A stretch of 64,000 nt of DNA. It comes from an uncultured Kiloniellales bacterium. Lineage in GTDB: Bacteria; Actinomycetota; Acidimicrobiia; Spongiisociales; UBA5794. This document shows, one piece after another, positions 55,611-64,000 of the stretch. Every line of letters starts with the position of its first letter. The first letter of the stretch is position 1. The stretch lies in the NCBI GenBank assembly GCA_964195155.1, contig CAXMOP010000021.1, forward strand, positions 7,007-71,006, in the 5' to 3' direction. Both the position numbers and the translations under genes were made by a program. The notes under the pieces were generated by a model. That model was not told the DNA's origin. It worked only from the letters and a program-made list of their open reading frames with translations, and did no database searches.

Positions 55611-56363
55611 ATGGCCGAGACGCGAGGCAGGGTCAGGGTCGAAGACGGCCACAAACGAGTACGGGTCTACCTCGGTGGCGAGGTCGTCGCAGACTCGGTG
55701 AGCCCGAAATACGTGTGGGAACGGCCGTACTACCCGACCTACTACTTCCCGGCGGCAGACGTTCGCACGGATCTGTTGGTCGACACCGGCGACACCTACC
55801 GATCGCCGAGCCGGGGCACCGCATCCGTGCACACCGTCAAGGCGGGTGGTCGGGAGGCATCGGCTGCGGTACGGGTTTGGGACCAGGCCGAGATCGATGA
55901 GATCAAGGGCTACGTCTCGTTCAACTGGAACGCCATGTCGCGTTGGTTCGAGGAGGAAGAAGAGGTGTACGTCCATGCCCGCGACCCGTACAAGCGCGTC
56001 GATATTCTCCAGTCGTCCCGTCACATCGAGGTGGTGATCGACGGCGCGACCGTCGCCGACTCGCACCAGCCGAAGCTCCTCTTCGAAACTGGTCTGCCGG
56101 TGCGCTACTACTTGCCGAAGACCGACGTTCGCCTGGATCTGCTCGTTTCCTCCGACACCGCGACCAGCTGTCCCTACAAGGGAGATGCGGAGTACTGGCA
56201 TGTGCGTACCGCCGACGGACTGGTCGAGGACATCGTCTGGTCGTATCCGACTCCGGTCGCTGAGTCGGCGCCGATAGCCGGCTATGTCTCGTTCTACAAC
56301 GAGAAAGTCGACATCATCGTCGACGGCGAGCTCGAGGCCCGGCCGGAAACGGTATTCAGCTAG
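55611..56363 (+). CDS. DUF427 domain protein (two tandem DUF427 domains)
   Basis: Repeated blocks ...VRVYLGGEVVADS / IEVVIDGATVADS and GYVSFxxxxxD. Confidence 0.7.
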   Translation: MAETRGRVRVEDGHKRVRVYLGGEVVADSVSPKYVWERPYYPTYYFPAADVRTDLLVDTGDTYRSPSRGTASVHTVKAGGREASAAVRVWDQAEIDEIKGYVSFNWNAMSRWFEEEEEVYVHARDPYKRVDILQSSRHIEVVIDGATVADSHQPKLLFETGLPVRYYLPKTDVRLDLLVSSDTATSCPYKGDAEYWHVRTADGLVEDIVWSYPTPVAESAPIAGYVSFYNEKVDIIVDGELEARPETVFS

Positions 56364-56475
56364 GAGGGTGTTGAGCAATCCTCCAGCGTGCCGACGCTGA
56401 CTGGAGAAACCGAGTCACCGCAACACGCAAGCGAGCGGCGGCTCAGGGCATTCGTCATTGTTCAACACCGTCCTA
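56361..56475. repeat. family A TIR element copy 6 (reverse orientation, ~93% identical to copy 1); supplies TAG stop
   Basis: TAGGAGGGTGTTGAGCAATCC...CATTGTTCAACACCGTCCTA. Confidence 0.85.
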
Positions 56476-56486
56476 ACGTCAGCCGG

Positions 56487-57326
56487 TCATTGCGGTTTGT
56501 CGCGCAACGACTCGACCTCTTCGATCGCCGAGGCTGCTTTCTCGTCGCCCATCCGAGGCAGCTTTGCCGACCTGGCCTCATAGCGTGAGGGCCGTTGTGA
56601 TCTGGGGGACCACCCGACGTCTCCGATGTCGTCGACCGGCTCGGGCACCGGCTCGCGAAGATCGATGGTGACCTTCTCTTCGGGCTCGATCGAGAGGTTT
56701 TGGCTCCCTGCGGTCTCGAGAATGGCCGCCGCCATTGTCTTGGCGTAGCTGACCAACTCAATAGTCTCCGCTGCGGTGAGCTCGCGTAATTGCTCAGCAA
56801 ACCGCTGCGCACCGGCGCGGGTGGCGGCGGCTTCCGTCTTGGCCTCGGAGACGATATCGGCTGCTTCTTCATGGGCTTCGGTGAGCAGGAGGTCGCGGTT
56901 GGTCTTCGCCGCGGCAAGCAGGCGGGCCTGGTTCGATTCGATTTGTTCGGTGGTGGATAGGGCGTCCTCGACGATGATCACGGCGCGTTCCTTCAGCCGC
57001 ACCGCCTGAGCTATTGCTGCGGCGAGGACGCGCTGTGCCTCCTCGGCAGACAGATGGGCTGCGGATTCGGCCGGCCCAGTCCCGGATTCTCGCGCCATCG
57101 CACTGCTGGCGACGGCCTGATGGAATCCGTTCTCCGAACTTCCGTGGAGGTCGTGGACGTCCCGGCGCAGTTCGACATTTCTCAGCTCGGCGGCCCTGGC
57201 CGCATTCTCGAGCTCGGCCATCGCCATGGCGACGCGATGGAGATACCGGCTCACGTCGCTGCGGTCAAACCCCTTGCGTTTGAGGGGGAAACTCCGCCGT
57301 TCGATTTCCTCGGGTCCGAGGTCCAT
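56487..57326 (-). CDS. DivIVA domain-containing protein
   Basis: N-term ...EEIERRSFPLKRKGFDRSDVSRYLHRVA + coiled coil. Confidence 0.7.
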   Translation of the reverse strand: MDLGPEEIERRSFPLKRKGFDRSDVSRYLHRVAMAMAELENAARAAELRNVELRRDVHDLHGSSENGFHQAVASSAMARESGTGPAESAAHLSAEEAQRVLAAAIAQAVRLKERAVIIVEDALSTTEQIESNQARLLAAAKTNRDLLLTEAHEEAADIVSEAKTEAAATRAGAQRFAEQLRELTAAETIELVSYAKTMAAAILETAGSQNLSIEPEEKVTIDLREPVPEPVDDIGDVGWSPRSQRPSRYEARSAKLPRMGDEKAASAIEEVESLRDKPQ

Positions 57327-57439
57327 GGCGCCTTCCGGAAGGCAGGTACGATCCCTTCAGGATAACGAGCCGGGATGTGGGCGCCGTGCACCTGCAATAA
57401 ACATCGCCGGCGCCGCGTTTCCAAAACGGGAGGTGCTCG

Positions 57440-57991
57440 ATGCCGACAGACATCGCATTGCTCATTATCAGGGTCGCCGTAGGTCTGGTTCTCTTAGCCC
57501 ACGGGATCAAGCACGCACGCGGACAGAAGAAGACCACTGCATGGTTCGGGAGCATCGGGTTCCGTCAGCCCGGGATGCAATGGATGGCTTCTTCGGCATC
57601 CGAGATCGGCATCGGCGTACTGCTAGTGGTCGGGGCGCTGACCTCGTTCGCGGCGGCAGGGTTGATCGCGATCATGGTGGTCGCGTTCATCTCGGTGCAC
57701 CGCTACGCGGGATTCTGGGTCACCGCTCGGCCCGATGAAGGCTGGGAGTATGTATTCGTGATCGCATCGGTCGGATTCGCGGTGGCCATCGGGGGACCGG
57801 GCTCGGTGTCCGTTGATTCAGCGATCGGGATTGCAGACAGCGTTGACGGCTGGGTGGGCTTTGGCATAGCAGTGCTCGGTGTGTTGGCTGCTTTTGGCCA
57901 GGTGGCGATGTTCTATCGCCCGAGCGAAGCGGAGCCAGCGGTCGAGGAAGGCACGGAAACAGCGGCCCCGGGTGGACTCGCTGACTCCTAG
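57440..57991 (+). CDS. DoxX family membrane protein
   Basis: MPTDIALLIIRVAVGLVLLAHG. Confidence 0.75.
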   Translation: MPTDIALLIIRVAVGLVLLAHGIKHARGQKKTTAWFGSIGFRQPGMQWMASSASEIGIGVLLVVGALTSFAAAGLIAIMVVAFISVHRYAGFWVTARPDEGWEYVFVIASVGFAVAIGGPGSVSVDSAIGIADSVDGWVGFGIAVLGVLAAFGQVAMFYRPSEAEPAVEEGTETAAPGGLADS

Positions 57992-58000
57992 ACGAACTCG

Positions 58001-58180
58001 CTATTTCTTGTTCGTCCCGTAGAACATGTTCCGGATCCGCGCCTCGACCTCTTTTGGGTCCTCATTCTCGACGCCGTTGCTTCGAGCAAACACTTGGCTC
58101 AGACGGGATTGAGTGACCTCGGCATGCCGAGCCCGTTTCTTTTTGGAGTCACGCTCTCCGCGTTTTCTTAGCCAAGCCAT
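58001..58180 (-). CDS. small basic hypothetical protein (59 aa, MAWLRKRGERDSKKKRARHAEV...)
   Basis: ATG 58180 to TAG 58001, GC3-biased. Confidence 0.35.
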   Translation of the reverse strand: MAWLRKRGERDSKKKRARHAEVTQSRLSQVFARSNGVENEDPKEVEARIRNMFYGTNKK

Positions 58181-58245
58181 AGGCTTCTATCGGCAGGCGT
58201 TCGCAGTGACATGAGACTTTCGATTCGCGCTCTCGCAGAGAGTAG

Positions 58246-58932
58246 CTATTGCCTGCTCAGTGTCACTAGGCCGTTCGAATCATTGACGCGTAAGGCAAAA
58301 TCGAACGCATCGACCATCAGGCATAGCTCGATGTCGCCGTCATCGATCCATGAGGCCGCTCGCAGCCGCTTCGTGCCGGCACCGGCGAGTACTGAAGCGA
58401 TGACGGCTTCGGCCTCGAGTTCGCGTTCCAACAGCGTTCCCGCAATCACATTTCCGGTCAGTTCGTCTTCGTCGTGCGGAACTGAGGGCGACCCGCCCGA
58501 CGACACGAGGGCGACGGTCCGCTCTTTTCCGAGTGATTCGGCGGTGGCGCGTGCGACGAGCAGGCTCGCCGCGTAGATCGGGCCAGCACCCGCTTCAACC
58601 GCCGCCACGACGCAGCGGGTCCCTGCGGTGGTGCGCATCACAACCGTTGCCCCGGCCAGGCCGCCATGGGCGATCACTTCCGTCGGGGAATTCCCGAGAT
58701 CGAAGTCATCCGGGCGCCGGCCTTGATCCTCACCGCACAGCAGGGCGCGATCATGATGTGCGGCGATGCGCCGGGCTTCATCGACACCGTCGGTGAGGAT
58801 GAGCCGGCTCACCCCGGCGTCGAGGAGATAGGCGGCGGTCGAGAAGGCGCGGTAGGTGTCGATCACAACAGTCGGCCCCGATGCTGTTGCGGCTCCGTCG
58901 AGGCCGACAGTGCGGGTGATGGTCGGCGGCAC
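58246..58932 (-). CDS. 2-phosphosulfolactate phosphatase (ComB)-family protein
   Basis: TVVIDTYRAFSTAAY... family blocks; GTG 58932 start assumed, upstream ORF extension runs into repeats. Confidence 0.6.
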   Translation of the reverse strand: MPPTITRTVGLDGAATASGPTVVIDTYRAFSTAAYLLDAGVSRLILTDGVDEARRIAAHHDRALLCGEDQGRRPDDFDLGNSPTEVIAHGGLAGATVVMRTTAGTRCVVAAVEAGAGPIYAASLLVARATAESLGKERTVALVSSGGSPSVPHDEDELTGNVIAGTLLERELEAEAVIASVLAGAGTKRLRAASWIDDGDIELCLMVDAFDFALRVNDSNGLVTLSRQ

Positions 58933-58960
58933 GCGGGGAGGGTAACCATCCTTGCTGGGC

Positions 58961-59480
58961 GGCTCGCGGGGGCTCGCCGCCTGACTGCCTGATCTTGCGT
59001 TCTCTGCTGCGAAGCAATTCGGTGTGCGTACACCGAGGCCGTCGCCCTCTCCTTTTGCTCCCCACTCAGGGGGGAGTCCCGCCGCCAGGCGGGGAGGGGG
59101 GTCAAACCGTGGTCGCGAGAAGCGCTTTGACCCCCCTTCGCCTCGCTGCGCTCGGCACCTCCCCCTGAGGGGGAGGCAAAGAAGCCGCCTCGACGGGGGG
59201 AATACCGCCGGAGAGTGGAGGGGGGTCGAGGCGTGGCGCCAGGGGCCCCTCTCCTTTTGCTCCCCCCTCAGGGGGGAGTCCCGCCGCCAGGCGGGGAGGG
59301 GGGTCAAGGCGTGGTCGCGAACAACGCCTTGACCCCCTCCGCCTCGCTGCGCTCGGCACCTCCCCCTGAGGGGGAGGCAAAGGAGTCGCCTGGCGTCCTC
59401 GGTATCGCCGCCACTGAATTGCTTCTCGCTCGAGAGCTCGCGATCAGGCAGTCGCCGCCGAGCGGACTGCGAGGCGGCCA
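58961..59480. repeat. composite repeat island: inverted family D copies (58961-59028 and 59412-59480) flanking two family C units in reverse orientation (59040-59400)
   Basis: Direct sequence comparison. Confidence 0.8.
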
Positions 59481-59509
59481 ACAAGCATGGCGCGCGGTTC
59501 AGCTTTATC

Positions 59510-60091
59510 GTGACCGGACTCATGCTCCAAAACATGATCCGCGCCGGCGCGCTCGATTCCGACTTCTACAACCTCGTCGAACGCGACCCGTCTTTGAACG
59601 GGCAGGCGTTCTTCGTCGTCGTGATCGCCAATGGGCTTGCCGGTGTTGGAGCATGGATCGGCCTGGGTGAGGTGGTTGGATCGGAGATCTGGGAGGGTGT
59701 CCGCGCCTGGTTTGCTTTCGGCACATGGATCGGTCTAGACGACGGAGGCCTGCCTTTCGCTGTGGTGGCCAACATCGCATTGGCGCTGACCGGGTGGGTC
59801 GTATGGGCATGGACGACGGGCTTCATCGGCGCACGTGTTTTCGGCGGCACGACCGACTTCGCCGAGATGGCCCGCGTTCTCGGGTTTGCCCAGGCGCCCC
59901 GCGTGATCGCAGTGATTCCACTGCTCGGACCCGTCGCCGCCGTCTGGACGCTGGTCGCTTCCGTGATTGCGATCCGGCAAGGACTCGACTTGGACACCCC
60001 GCGCGCCATCGGGACTGCGATTGGAGGATGGCTTGTGTGGGTCGTCCTGCAGCTCGGAGCGCTGCTGATCGCGGGGACGCTCTTCGGTTAG
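59510..60091 (+). CDS. Yip1-domain membrane protein
   Basis: 5 TM; start GTG 59510 or ATG 59522. Confidence 0.65.
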   Translation: MTGLMLQNMIRAGALDSDFYNLVERDPSLNGQAFFVVVIANGLAGVGAWIGLGEVVGSEIWEGVRAWFAFGTWIGLDDGGLPFAVVANIALALTGWVVWAWTTGFIGARVFGGTTDFAEMARVLGFAQAPRVIAVIPLLGPVAAVWTLVASVIAIRQGLDLDTPRAIGTAIGGWLVWVVLQLGALLIAGTLFG

Positions 60092-60096
60092 CAGGC

Positions 60097-61197
60097 CTAC
60101 CCGACCGACCGATGAACCTCGCCGCGGCGCAAAACCTTCCAGTCGCCTCGCCACGAGCGGTTCGCCCGCCAAAACACCCACGAGGCGAGCCCTACGGCAA
60201 TCGGGGGCAGGAAGGTAAGCGCCCGGTACAGGAGCACGCCCGCAGCGAGCAGCGCCTGGTCCGCCCCTGCCCCCCAGCCGAGGGTCAGCAGCCCAATGAA
60301 TCCAAGGTCGACCAGCCCGAGTCCCCCGGGACTGATGGGGATCGCCACCAGGAGGCGGCCGAGTGAGACCGCGAGGATGACCCAGGCAGTCGACACATCA
60401 TCTTCGGACACCCCGACCGCCCGGAGCGACGCCAAGAAGAGCAGGACCATCGCCGCGTGGTTCAGCAGCGATGCCAGCGTGATGACCTTCCACCGCTCCC
60501 CCGCAACCGAGGTGACGTTGACCCGAAACTGGAGGGTTGCAGCAACCACGTCGACCGGGCCCCGATTGATCCAGCCGAGTGCGGTGTTGGTGACCGAGTC
60601 GAGGCGGCCACCAAACCGGCGAGCGGTCGTCTCGGAGCGCAGCACGACGATGAGGACCCACACCGTGGCTCCGACAATGGCTATGCCAACCAGCGACACC
60701 GCCCACATCCACCAGGCGGCGTCACCGCTGAGGGCGATCAGCGCCACCGCAAGTACCGGAACGGCCATGCGGGTGAGCTGATCCCAGACCCCGGCCGTCA
60801 CCAGACCGCTCGTGACTGCCGAAGGAGTGAATCCCCACGACATGAACATGACGTACTGCAACGGAAGTGCGATGGCGCCGCCGGCGGGGATCGAGTTGTT
60901 GATGGCGGTGCCGGTCGTCTGCACCACGAATCCTTCAACAAAGCGCAGCGTCGGAAGTGTTGTCATGAGGACGAAGACATAGGCGACGAGGAACCAGACG
61001 GCCAGTGCGCCGAGCAGGATCCAGTGGCCCGCTGCGATACCCGCGATGTGGTCGAGGACCTGGTCGTAGTCGGCGATCTGGGGTATGACGAAACCGAACA
61101 CGACCACCACGACCGCAGCCGTGATCGCGAAGCTTGCCAGCCGCTGCCACCATGGCCTGTTTGGAGACTCGGGCACCGCGCCGGCATGGTTGGTCAT
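60097..61197 (-). CDS. lysylphosphatidylglycerol synthase TM-region-like (MprF flippase-like/UPF0104) membrane protein
   Basis: 8 TM profile; ATG 61197. Confidence 0.6.
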   Translation of the reverse strand: MTNHAGAVPESPNRPWWQRLASFAITAAVVVVVFGFVIPQIADYDQVLDHIAGIAAGHWILLGALAVWFLVAYVFVLMTTLPTLRFVEGFVVQTTGTAINNSIPAGGAIALPLQYVMFMSWGFTPSAVTSGLVTAGVWDQLTRMAVPVLAVALIALSGDAAWWMWAVSLVGIAIVGATVWVLIVVLRSETTARRFGGRLDSVTNTALGWINRGPVDVVAATLQFRVNVTSVAGERWKVITLASLLNHAAMVLLFLASLRAVGVSEDDVSTAWVILAVSLGRLLVAIPISPGGLGLVDLGFIGLLTLGWGAGADQALLAAGVLLYRALTFLPPIAVGLASWVFWRANRSWRGDWKVLRRGEVHRSVG

Positions 61198-61219
61198 TGC
61201 GGGGAACGCAAGCCAGGCA

Positions 61220-62071
61220 TCAGAATCTGCAGCCGACGGCTGCCTCGCTGAGAGTCCACAACCGCGCAGCCAGCTCCTCGTCCCTAGCGAGCGCACTGGG
61301 GTCGGTGACCTGCGAGCTGGACAGGTAGGAGCCGTCGTGCTGCTCGAGTCGCGGATCGGTTGCCGCGTACACGGTGGTCGCCGCCCCTTGCACCGGGGTC
61401 AGCATTCGATGGCTCATCAGCTTCCAGGCAAGGCCGGCAAGCATCGTGTCGCCGTCCTGAGCGATCCGAGTGGCCACGACGCCGGGATGGAGCGAGAACG
61501 AGGTTACGCCGGTTCCCGCCAAGCGCCGTGCAAGCTCGGCGCCGAAGAGCACGTTGGCGAGCTTGGAACGGGCGTAGGTCCGAAATCCCCGGTACAGGCC
61601 ACCCGCCGGCTCGAGTTCGACGCGGTCGGCGGAATAGTGAGCGGCAGATGCCACGGTGATCACGCGTGCCGGTTCGGATTTCACGAGGTGGTTGCGCAAC
61701 AAGCAGGTGAGGTGGAAGTGGCCAAGATGGTTGACCCGAATGGTCATCTCGAACCCGTCGGTGGATATCGCCTTCCTGCCAAGCATGACGCCTGCGTTGT
61801 TGATCAGCACTCCGAGGTCAGCCGTGGTCGCCAGGAATTGCTCGGCGAAGGCCTGCGTCGATGATGGGTCCGAGAGGTCGAGGGTCATCGCCCGCACCGT
61901 TCTACCAGCGCGTGCGGTGAGCTCTTGGGCGACCTTGGCGCCAACCGCCGGATCCCGGGCGGTAATCACCACATCCGCGCCCCGCTCTGCCAAGGCAGCT
62001 GCGCTCGCCCTGCCGATTCCCGATGTGGCACCGGTGACGAGGACGGAGCGATCCTCAATGTTCCATGGCAT
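61220..62071 (-). CDS. short-chain dehydrogenase/reductase (SDR)
   Basis: TGATSGIGR, NNAG, YxxxK. Confidence 0.88.
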   Translation of the reverse strand: MPWNIEDRSVLVTGATSGIGRASAAALAERGADVVITARDPAVGAKVAQELTARAGRTVRAMTLDLSDPSSTQAFAEQFLATTADLGVLINNAGVMLGRKAISTDGFEMTIRVNHLGHFHLTCLLRNHLVKSEPARVITVASAAHYSADRVELEPAGGLYRGFRTYARSKLANVLFGAELARRLAGTGVTSFSLHPGVVATRIAQDGDTMLAGLAWKLMSHRMLTPVQGAATTVYAATDPRLEQHDGSYLSSSQVTDPSALARDEELAARLWTLSEAAVGCRF

Positions 62072-62153
62072 TCCGACGACGCTACCGGAACGATTCTCAT
62101 ACGGTCCTCACGCGCTGTAGGGGTTCGGCGTCGTATCGTTTCAGGAGATCGCC

Positions 62154-62831
62154 ATGGACAGAGTGCTCATCGTCGAAGACGACCCGGATGTTCGCGCCGC
62201 GCTGACGCGCGCCCTCTCCTTCGAGGGCTATGAGGTCGATACCGCCACCGACGGTGGGAAGGCCTTGGCGATGGTCGACGAAGAGGAGCCGGACGCCATC
62301 ATCCTCGACGTCATGATGCCGTTCGTCGATGGGCTGGAGACGGCCCGCATGTTGCGGTCCCACGGCTACACGACACCGATCCTCATGCTCACGGCGCGGG
62401 GCGAGGTAGGCGATCGGGTCGATGGGCTCGACGCCGGAGCCGACGACTACCTGACCAAGCCGTTCGCACTCGAGGAGCTGCTGGCACGGCTGCGGGCGCT
62501 CCTGCGCAGGGCGCACCATGAGGTGAGCGAGGTCATGACCGATGCAGGCATCGAGATGAACCTCGGCACGCGCGAGGTGGCAAGAGATGGCGAGCCGCTC
62601 ACGCTCACCAAGACCGAATTCGACCTGCTGGAGGCGCTGATGCGCGACGCAGGCAAGGTGGTGTCGCGGAGCCAGTTGTACAACGAGGTGTGGGGCATCG
62701 ATTTCGAGACGTCGTCGAACTCCCTCGACGTCTACATCGGCTACTTGCGCCGCAAGACCGAGGAGGACGGGAAGCCCCGGGTGGTCCATACGGTCAGAGG
62801 CGTTGGCTACGTCTTTCGAGAAGACCGATGA
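62154..62831 (+). CDS. OmpR-family response regulator
   Basis: REC + winged helix (RGVGYVF). Confidence 0.9.
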   Translation: MDRVLIVEDDPDVRAALTRALSFEGYEVDTATDGGKALAMVDEEEPDAIILDVMMPFVDGLETARMLRSHGYTTPILMLTARGEVGDRVDGLDAGADDYLTKPFALEELLARLRALLRRAHHEVSEVMTDAGIEMNLGTREVARDGEPLTLTKTEFDLLEALMRDAGKVVSRSQLYNEVWGIDFETSSNSLDVYIGYLRRKTEEDGKPRVVHTVRGVGYVFREDR

Positions 62832-64000
62832 GCCTACGGGCCAGAATCGCCACGGTGGCCGCCGCCGCGGTGGCTCTTGCCGTTATCGCCGTATCGGTCA
62901 GCGCGTTCCTGGCGGCACGAATCGAGCTCCGGGCAGAGGTCGACTCGGGCCTGCTGGAACGGACCATGATCGTGGAGGAGGCGGTCGAGGAATTCGAACA
63001 GATCACCGGCGATCGACCGTTCCGTCTCCCTCCGGGAATTCTCGGCAACGTCCGCAGCGATTTCGACGTCGTCTACTACCAGCTGAACCTGCCCAACGGG
63101 AGAGTGATCGTTCCGCAGGGCCAGCCGGCACTTCCCGCCGTTGATGCCCGGTCCATGCTGGATGGAGCGGTGCTGAGCGATGAGACCGTTGACGGAGTCC
63201 ACGTGCGCATGGCCTCGGTCGATGCCGGGCGCCTCGGCGTCGTACAGATCGCCAGACCGCTCACCGAGGTCGACGCAACGCTGTCCGGGCTCGCCGTGAT
63301 TCTCCTTGCGATTGGAGTGATCGGCACCCTGCTCGCCGGCGTCATCGGCCTGCTCATCGCCAGAAGCGCGCTGAAGCCGATCGGCCATCTGACCGCCGCC
63401 GCCGAGCACGTTGCCGAAACGCGAGATCTCGGCTCACGAATCGAGATCGCGTCCAAAGACGAGGTCGGCAGCCTGGCCGGAAGCTTCAACGCCATGCTGG
63501 CAGCGCTCGACGAGTCGCGGTCCCAGCAGCGCCGCCTGGTTCGCGATGCCGGCCACGAACTGCGCACACCCCTCACGGCGCTGCGCACCAACATCGAGCT
63601 ACTGGCAAAGTCGGACCAGCTCGGCGACGAAGTGAGAAACGAGCTGGTTGCTGCCGCCAATGCCGAGGTCATCGATCTGTCCGCCCTGGTGACCGAGATC
63701 GTCGACCTGGCGTCCGACCGGTACGCCGAGCTCCCCATCGAGCGTGTCGCACTAGAAGACGTCGTTGAGGTGTCGGTGACGAAGGCTCGCCGGCGCGGCG
63801 AATCCGACATCACCCTGACAAGGACAACCTCGCCCGTCATGGGTAGACCGGCGGCACTGGAGCGGGCCGTAGACAACCTCCTCGACAATGCCCACAAGTG
63901 GAACGATCCCTCCAAGCCGATAGAGGTCGAGGTCAGCGACGGTCGCGTCAGCGTGCGCGACCACGGCCCCGGGATTCCCACCGAGGAGCGCGAACTGGTC
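62828..64000 (+). CDS. sensor histidine kinase (partial, runs off window)
   Basis: ATG overlaps RR stop; 2 TM, HAMP, H-box DAGHELRTPLTAL, N-box start. Confidence 0.85.
   Translation, partial: MSLRARIATVAAAAVALAVIAVSVSAFLAARIELRAEVDSGLLERTMIVEEAVEEFEQITGDRPFRLPPGILGNVRSDFDVVYYQLNLPNGRVIVPQGQPALPAVDARSMLDGAVLSDETVDGVHVRMASVDAGRLGVVQIARPLTEVDATLSGLAVILLAIGVIGTLLAGVIGLLIARSALKPIGHLTAAAEHVAETRDLGSRIEIASKDEVGSLAGSFNAMLAALDESRSQQRRLVRDAGHELRTPLTALRTNIELLAKSDQLGDEVRNELVAAANAEVIDLSALVTEIVDLASDRYAELPIERVALEDVVEVSVTKARRRGESDITLTRTTSPVMGRPAALERAVDNLLDNAHKWNDPSKPIEVEVSDGRVSVRDHGPGIPTEERELV

Noticed and set aside
58933-59535. N-terminal 200 aa of the 429-aa ORF 58246-59535
   Set aside because: Runs through the repeat island. 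Similarity to the ComB family begins near 58932, so the gene is truncated there.
63076-63981. 301-aa minus-strand ORF
   Set aside because: Antisense to the histidine kinase, S/T/R-rich.

Overview
This window is high-GC (~68%) and looks like actinobacterial chromosomal DNA. Evidence for that is the presence of F420-dependent LLM and Ddn-like enzymes, PadR, leaderless starts and an actinobacterial-type LexA box. I annotate about 65 protein genes and no rRNA, tRNA or CRISPR.

Content is mixed housekeeping and accessory:
- Heterodimeric ABC exporter pair.
- APC permease fused to UspA domains.
- Two MFS transporters.
- PadR with a membrane partner.
- An RRM RNA-binding protein next to infA.
- YbaY lipoprotein.
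- Three LLM/F420 oxidoreductases and one Ddn-like enzyme.
- Sulfatase.
- Class III adenylate cyclase.
- DRG-like GTPase.
- Tandem DUF805 genes.
- lon and rmuC.
- Divergent arsM/arsR.
- Parvulin lipoprotein.
- Thioesterase.
- MBL hydrolase with a cNMP-binding protein.
- UvrD-like helicase.
- Two OmpR/histidine-kinase two-component systems, one of them with an RskA-like lipoprotein.
- SAM methyltransferase.
- HisA-like protein.
- Large NAD-glutamate dehydrogenase.
- paaABCD(E) operon with a TetR regulator.
- DUF427, DivIVA, DoxX, ComB-like, Yip1, MprF-like TM protein and an SDR.

The most striking feature is the density of short structured intergenic repeats, in at least five families:
(a) A ~110-nt element with terminal inverted repeats, in six copies. 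It abuts gene ends or supplies their stop codons.
(b) Hairpins built from tandem 7-8-nt units such as GAGTCGC and AGTAGCT, at ten or more loci. One sits inside the paa operon.
(c) A very GC-rich, multi-hairpin ~140-nt unit at three loci.
(d) A ~70-nt unit present in tandem and as an inverted pair that bounds a composite ~520-bp repeat island.
(e) A shared 15-bp-stem hairpin at two loci.

Other notable points:
- An in-frame UGA falls exactly at the second Cys of the AhpD-type CxxCxxxH motif, making the CMD gene a selenoprotein candidate.
- A perfect TCGAAC-N4-GTTCGA LexA box overlaps the uvrD-like start.
- A secreted-protein gene is frame-switched by a 10-bp x 3 tandem repeat.
- A methyltransferase has a conserved N-terminus but no canonical start codon.
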